A DNA stretch of 49,395 bases, counting the filler, from Bipalium vagum (lineage: Eukaryota), in the NCBI GenBank assembly GCA_037834085.1. It is 2 parts of 2 records of this genome, joined end to end, with 100 filler letters (N's around TTAATTAATTAA, not from the genome) between each part and the next. Parts side by side here need not be neighbours in the genome. Positions count along the whole stretch, not along the records: positions 26,987 to 49,395 come from JBBMKC010221571.1; 1 more part is not named here. One strand, 5' to 3'. The notes below the pieces were generated by a model, which saw only the letters and a list, made by a program, of their open reading frames with translations, made no database searches and was not told the DNA's origin. The position numbers and the translations under genes are program-made. This document shows positions 44,429-49,395 of the stretch, piece by piece; positions within the stretch are counted from its first letter, which is position 1, and each line of letters starts with the position of its first letter.

Positions 44429-46696
44429 CTTAAGCGAATAAATTATCTTTTTTCTGATTGGTCAAAATATGATATAAATGCTTCCAATTTTTCTCTATTA
44501 ATAATTTTTTAATAAGGTTAGAATTATAATTTTGATATTTATTATTAAGTTTTTACTTTTTCCCTTAGTTTTAAAATGTTATTTTTTAATTCAATTTTTA
44601 TTTTGAGTTTTTCTTTATTATAATATTTTTATATTTTAAATAGTTAAAAAATTTGAATGAGAAATGTAAATTAGAAAAAGTAAGAAAATTAATAATTTAT
44701 GACATTAATAATTTATAGAAAAACCTGTTATGTAATTCTAAATTTTAAATAGATTAAATGAAATTAAAACAAAGTTAAACTTTAATTATTTTATTTTAGA
44801 TATATCAGTTTAAAGCTATTGATTATATTTGTTTAATCACAGTCTTTTCACAGTATCATATATAATATAATAATTAATAATTAATAATAATTATAATAAT
44901 ATATTAATAATATATTAATAATATTATAATAATTAATAATAATAATTATAATTATTTGAAACAAAACCATTTTTCACTTTCGATAAATAAAAATTAATAA
45001 TTATTTTATTTAGAATTTTAAGTTAATATTATTTTATTTTACAGTATTTCTAACTAAACATTAAGAGAATTTTAATTGAATGTAAATGACACAAATAATG
45101 TAAAAATAAATATATTGATTAAAGTATAAAAAATAGTAAAATATTTCCAGAAGATGTCCTATTTTAATTATGGTAAATTAAACCTTGACGCACTTAAACA
45201 TTAAATTCCTAAATATTTCCTTAAAACAGGAAAGATAATCAAGCAGATAATTAAAAATTATTGAAAATTTTCATGAAAGAATATTTTTAATATCATATAT
45301 TATCGTTTGTTTTAATAACGATATATTCCAGGTAAAAATAATTAAAAATTACAAGAAAAATCTGTTTTTCCTAATGTGACAACTTTGAAAAATTGAATTA
45401 CAAAATATTACCTGATTTAATTTTAAAATATTTATTTATTAATTAATTAACCAAACCTAAAAAAATATTTATAATCATGATTATTATTTGTACATGTAAA
45501 TTTTCGATGTTATAATAATTAATTAAATAATTTTATGTTTACATAAGATTTCTGGGTTTAAGATAATTAAAAGAAATTATCATGAAAAAAATTTATTCGG
45601 TTAAATTCTGGTAATAGTAATACATTTTTACGATATCTCATTATTTATTGTTTGTTTTATTAAATTGAAATTAACAATATTTATTTTAAATCAAGGTCTT
45701 TAATAAAACAAAAGTTAACGATATGTACACTTAAAAATTGTTACGCTTATTATTAAAAAAATTTTTACAAATGATTTTAATTCTTAAAACCCTTAAATGG
45801 CTTAAATGTAAGCGTTTTTTGTTATGATGTTAATTAATAAAATATAGTAAATGAAATAAGAAATAAAACGGAAAATTTATCTTTATAACTGTCAGCTTGC
45901 CAACTTAAGAAATTATTGTTACAAAAGCGAATATCACCCTCTGATCACATTGGCATAACATCGGAGAAGTTAAAGTTGGTTCAGAATTAGATCTCGAAGA
46001 AATAATGATAATAAATAATGAAAAATGAAAACATTTATAATATTTCAGTACTGTTCCTTTTTTGCAAAAAAATAAAAATGATGAAAAGATAAATCGCAAT
46101 CTCTGGAAAGCGCCTAAACTCGAAATATGATATGAGTATGATAATAAGTAAAAATTTAACCAAAATAATTCTTTCGGGCTTGTACCTACCCACTATCCAA
46201 AATGGAAGCGGATTTCATGAAATATAATGCTTTAATTAATTCTTCAATGTTTTGTATTGCATTCCAAAATTGAATTGGCTTCTTGATTGTTTTAATGTGA
46301 TTATTAAATAATTATTTAAAGATTGAAAATTATGGTAATTGAAAGAGTGCTTCAGTTTACATCATTAATTGTAACATTAATAATAACATAAATTATTCGG
46401 TTATTTCGCCTGTTTTTTGTTAATAATTATTAATCAACTAATATAAAACCGAAACAATTTCTCTTATATTTACAGATTATTTTTTTCAATAATTATGGAT
46501 TAAATAACAACAGATACATACTATACACTATTTCTATATACATATTGCCTCGTCACAATAACCACGTTGTATTCATTTGAATAGGCAAATATACTGCGAC
46601 TTTAAGGACGACGAATAAAACCAAAATCTTGATTTCCAATTTTCTGTGATTGTGTCGATTTTCTAGTTGAGAGATGTTGTCTGATGACAACAATAT

Positions 46697-46750
46697 TCAC
46701 CCGAATAGAGACTCGAATCCTGGACTCTCAAATTCAAAGTCGGATGAATA
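46697..46750 (-). other. Possible tRNA-derived relic (SINE head or tRNA pseudogene)
   Basis: GACTTTGAAT (Gln-TTG-like loop) followed by B-box-like GGATTCGAGTC; stems do not pair well. Confidence 0.35.
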
Positions 46751-47437
46751 CGAAAAGATTTATTATTTGAAAACATTGTTACACTTATTTGCTCTATCAG
46801 AATAATTAAACCAAATATTTAATGTATTAGGGATCAAATTAAATTATGAACCCCTCATCAACAAAAACTCAAAATAAACTTAATTGATAACATATTCTCA
46901 ATGTCAACTACTATCTGCCATCTATATACCAAAGAATGAATGCCATCGGAATAAAATTCAGTAGTTTTTTATCAAAGAACATTTATAAGTCATTTCTTAT
47001 GTCGTCCAGGTTTTCATGATTTTTTCATTTGGGTAAGTGAGCAGAACAGATGTTAATCTGTAGCCGCGATGTCTGGGCTAATATGTATAAACTATTATAC
47101 TATTATATTTTCAATAATGAAAAAATTTAATATGTAACAAAGATTAGAATTAGTATAATATAATTTATTAATAATAAATAAAAAAAAGTATTATTAATAA
47201 ATTATTAAAATGTAATAATTATTATATTTCTTTGAATTTATGTTCGACCTTAAATGAAGAATTATAACCATTATGTATGATTAATTTAATTATTTATAAG
47301 TAGATTTTTGGTTAATAAAAAGTTGGAAAAAAGTATAATTTGTCAAAGAAAATTTTTTTTAAAAACCTTTTTAATGTACTCGTTCTCAAGAGTGATTTTT
47401 GAAAAAAATAATTTTACCATATTTTTCAGAAAATAAA

Positions 47438-47498
47438 ATGAAAATTCTTCTAATTGCTTCGATACTTTTTGCCATTCTCCATATGTACGCAAGTAAAG
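47438..47498 (+). CDS. First coding exon of a secreted or membrane protein (signal peptide)
   Basis: AAAATG start, MKILLIASILFAILHMYASK, AG|GTAATC phase-1 donor; TTTTCAG acceptor just upstream. Confidence 0.6.
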
Positions 47499-48029
47499 GT
47501 AATCATTTTTTATTATTTTTAATAATTATAAAAATGTAACAAAAATGTTTTATTATATTTTATTTATACTATGATGGATGACTGTGGGATTTATTTTAAT
47601 TATCATTTTATAATTTTGGTTTCTAAAAATTATATTTATTAATAACTTTTCTTATTTATAATGTGGTAATAAATTCCATTACTAATTATGATTTCTTTGA
47701 CATATTTTTATTTAATATTCCCACTAAATCATTTAATGTATGATTTAAAAATTAAATTATTATTATTATTATTATTATTAAAATTAAAGATTAAATTAGA
47801 AATCAATTTTATCTCATCAATATCAAGATGAAATCTGTCATAATATTTTTATTTTACCACAAATAATGATAATAGTAGTAATAATTTTTAGTTTAAAATT
47901 ATTAAATAAAGAACACTAAAATACTTTTACAAACTGTATATTTATCACAAATCAATTATTTAAACAACTACTTTAAATTATTATCTTGCGATAATAATAA
48001 TAAATAATAATAATATTAAAATAATAATA

Positions 48030-48601
48030 CAGGGTTATGCAGAAATATAAAGAAAAATATTCAAAATATATAATGGAAATGTACACTAAATAAATTATTG
48101 TCTCGCCAAGGTTTTTCTATAAACCGCCTCATATTGCGAAAATAATCACTTAAATCTATATCGTTATGCATGAGTACTTGAATAATCAATCGTCCCGATC
48201 TATAATGGTTCTTATAAAGAATGATACAGTATTTGCGAATTGTAGCTGAGGCGAGTTTGGTGGCAGAAATCTTTAAGCAATACCTCGTTCTGTCAGCAAC
48301 TTAATAACATCTTTGCGTTGATGTAACCTGCAATTGTCCATCACCAATACATCCTCAGGATTTAAAATAAAAAATTAATAAAAATCAGATGTCAAAACAA
48401 TGAAACCTGACTTTTAAACAGCAACCGTGCAGCTGATATTTTTGGCTGACTAAAATGTGATCAAATTTAAATAAAAAAAATCGAATTTTTTTCTATATAT
48501 TTCTGAATAATTTTCTATATATTTTGAATAGATTTATAAATATTTTTGCATAGAATTATATATATTTTGAATATTTTTCTATATATTTCTGCATAAACCT
48601 G
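48030..48601 (-). mobile_element. IS630/Tc1-like deletion derivative
   Basis: ~43-bp TIRs CAGG(G/T)TTATGCAGAAATATA(A/T)AGAAAAATATTCAAAATATATA, TA on both sides; relic DVLVMDNCRLH..FLPPNSPQL. Confidence 0.9.
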
Positions 48602-49395
48602 TAATACTATTAAAATACTATTAAAAAAATAATAATAAAACAAGTAAAGCTTTCAAAACCTTGCGAAATAATTATGAAGAAAGATATTTTTCAAAATTAT
48701 AAAAAAAAGATTTCATTACTGAATCTAAAGTCGTGATTTAAGACCTAACATTTTTTGGATGAAACGATATTGTGGCAGAATCCCTCGAATTAATATTTAA
48801 TGTAATAAAATTAAGTATTATTGTATCTTTAATTCTTATCTCGAATCATTTCAAAGTATATCAAAATATTTTTGATCGAAAATGAAAATTTTTACTTACA
48901 TTAATTAGAAGTGCATTTATGAATTTGAATAAGCACACAAGACGATTGTTTTGTAAAATCTTTTTAATAAAACAAGAAGAAATATTATTATTGTATTCTG
49001 TAAAGCTTTGAAATAAATTCACTCTTTTCATTCTTTAAATTTTAGAAAATACACTACTAAAGTTTTGACACCCCTAACGAAAATAGGAAAATTGAAGATT
49101 TCAGTTTTATACAACTGGTTTTATTTCTTTTATTTAATGATTTTGGGCAATTTATTAATAGAAAAATTATTAAAAAATTAAAATAGCATAAATGTTGTTG
49201 TATAATTTGTTAAAATTTTAGCACACTGATGAATGTCAACAAAATATAGATTTTATTGGGTGTACAAGTTGAAAGTGACGTTTTCATAAATGATAATGTC
49301 ATTTATTAAGATGAGATGTTTTAGTAATCATATATATTTGTTTTAATACTATTTTTAACGCGCTTTAATTAAAAATATGTCCGACATATTAAAAG

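Noticed and set aside
46697-46750. Functional tRNA-Gln
   Set aside because: Acceptor and D arms absent and stems mispaired; kept only as a relic

Overview
Very AT-rich eukaryotic (most likely animal) genomic DNA with many short (about 40-75 bp) GT-AG introns, (AAT)n microsatellites and dense decayed transposons. Host genes reconstructed by hand: a complete 12-exon TFIIH p44/GTF2H2 gene (minus, 7939-13085, 393 aa); an intact intronless 533-aa protein with two variant RING fingers (minus, 14054-15655); an isolated RhoGEF-type PH-domain exon (minus, 21155-21299); the 3' half of an SRPK kinase gene (plus, 27299-33098); a ZNF106-like WD40 gene (minus, 36861 to at least 40090); and a signal-peptide first exon (plus, 47438). 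Mobile DNA includes Tc1, mariner, maT, rosa and IS630-like elements, Merlin elements (one nested with an 8-bp TSD inside an IS630/Tc1-like element inside a GTF2H2 intron), a tiny hairpin MITE and the 3' end of an RLE non-LTR retrotransposon. A 100-bp artificial N/TTAATTAATTAA/N spacer at 26887-26986 means the two halves may not be truly adjacent. No CRISPR array, rRNA or prokaryotic system was seen. The best novelty candidates are the tandem double-RING intronless gene with its decayed neighbours, and possible same-strand nesting of whole genes within a RhoGEF intron. All family assignments come from motif recognition, not database searches.
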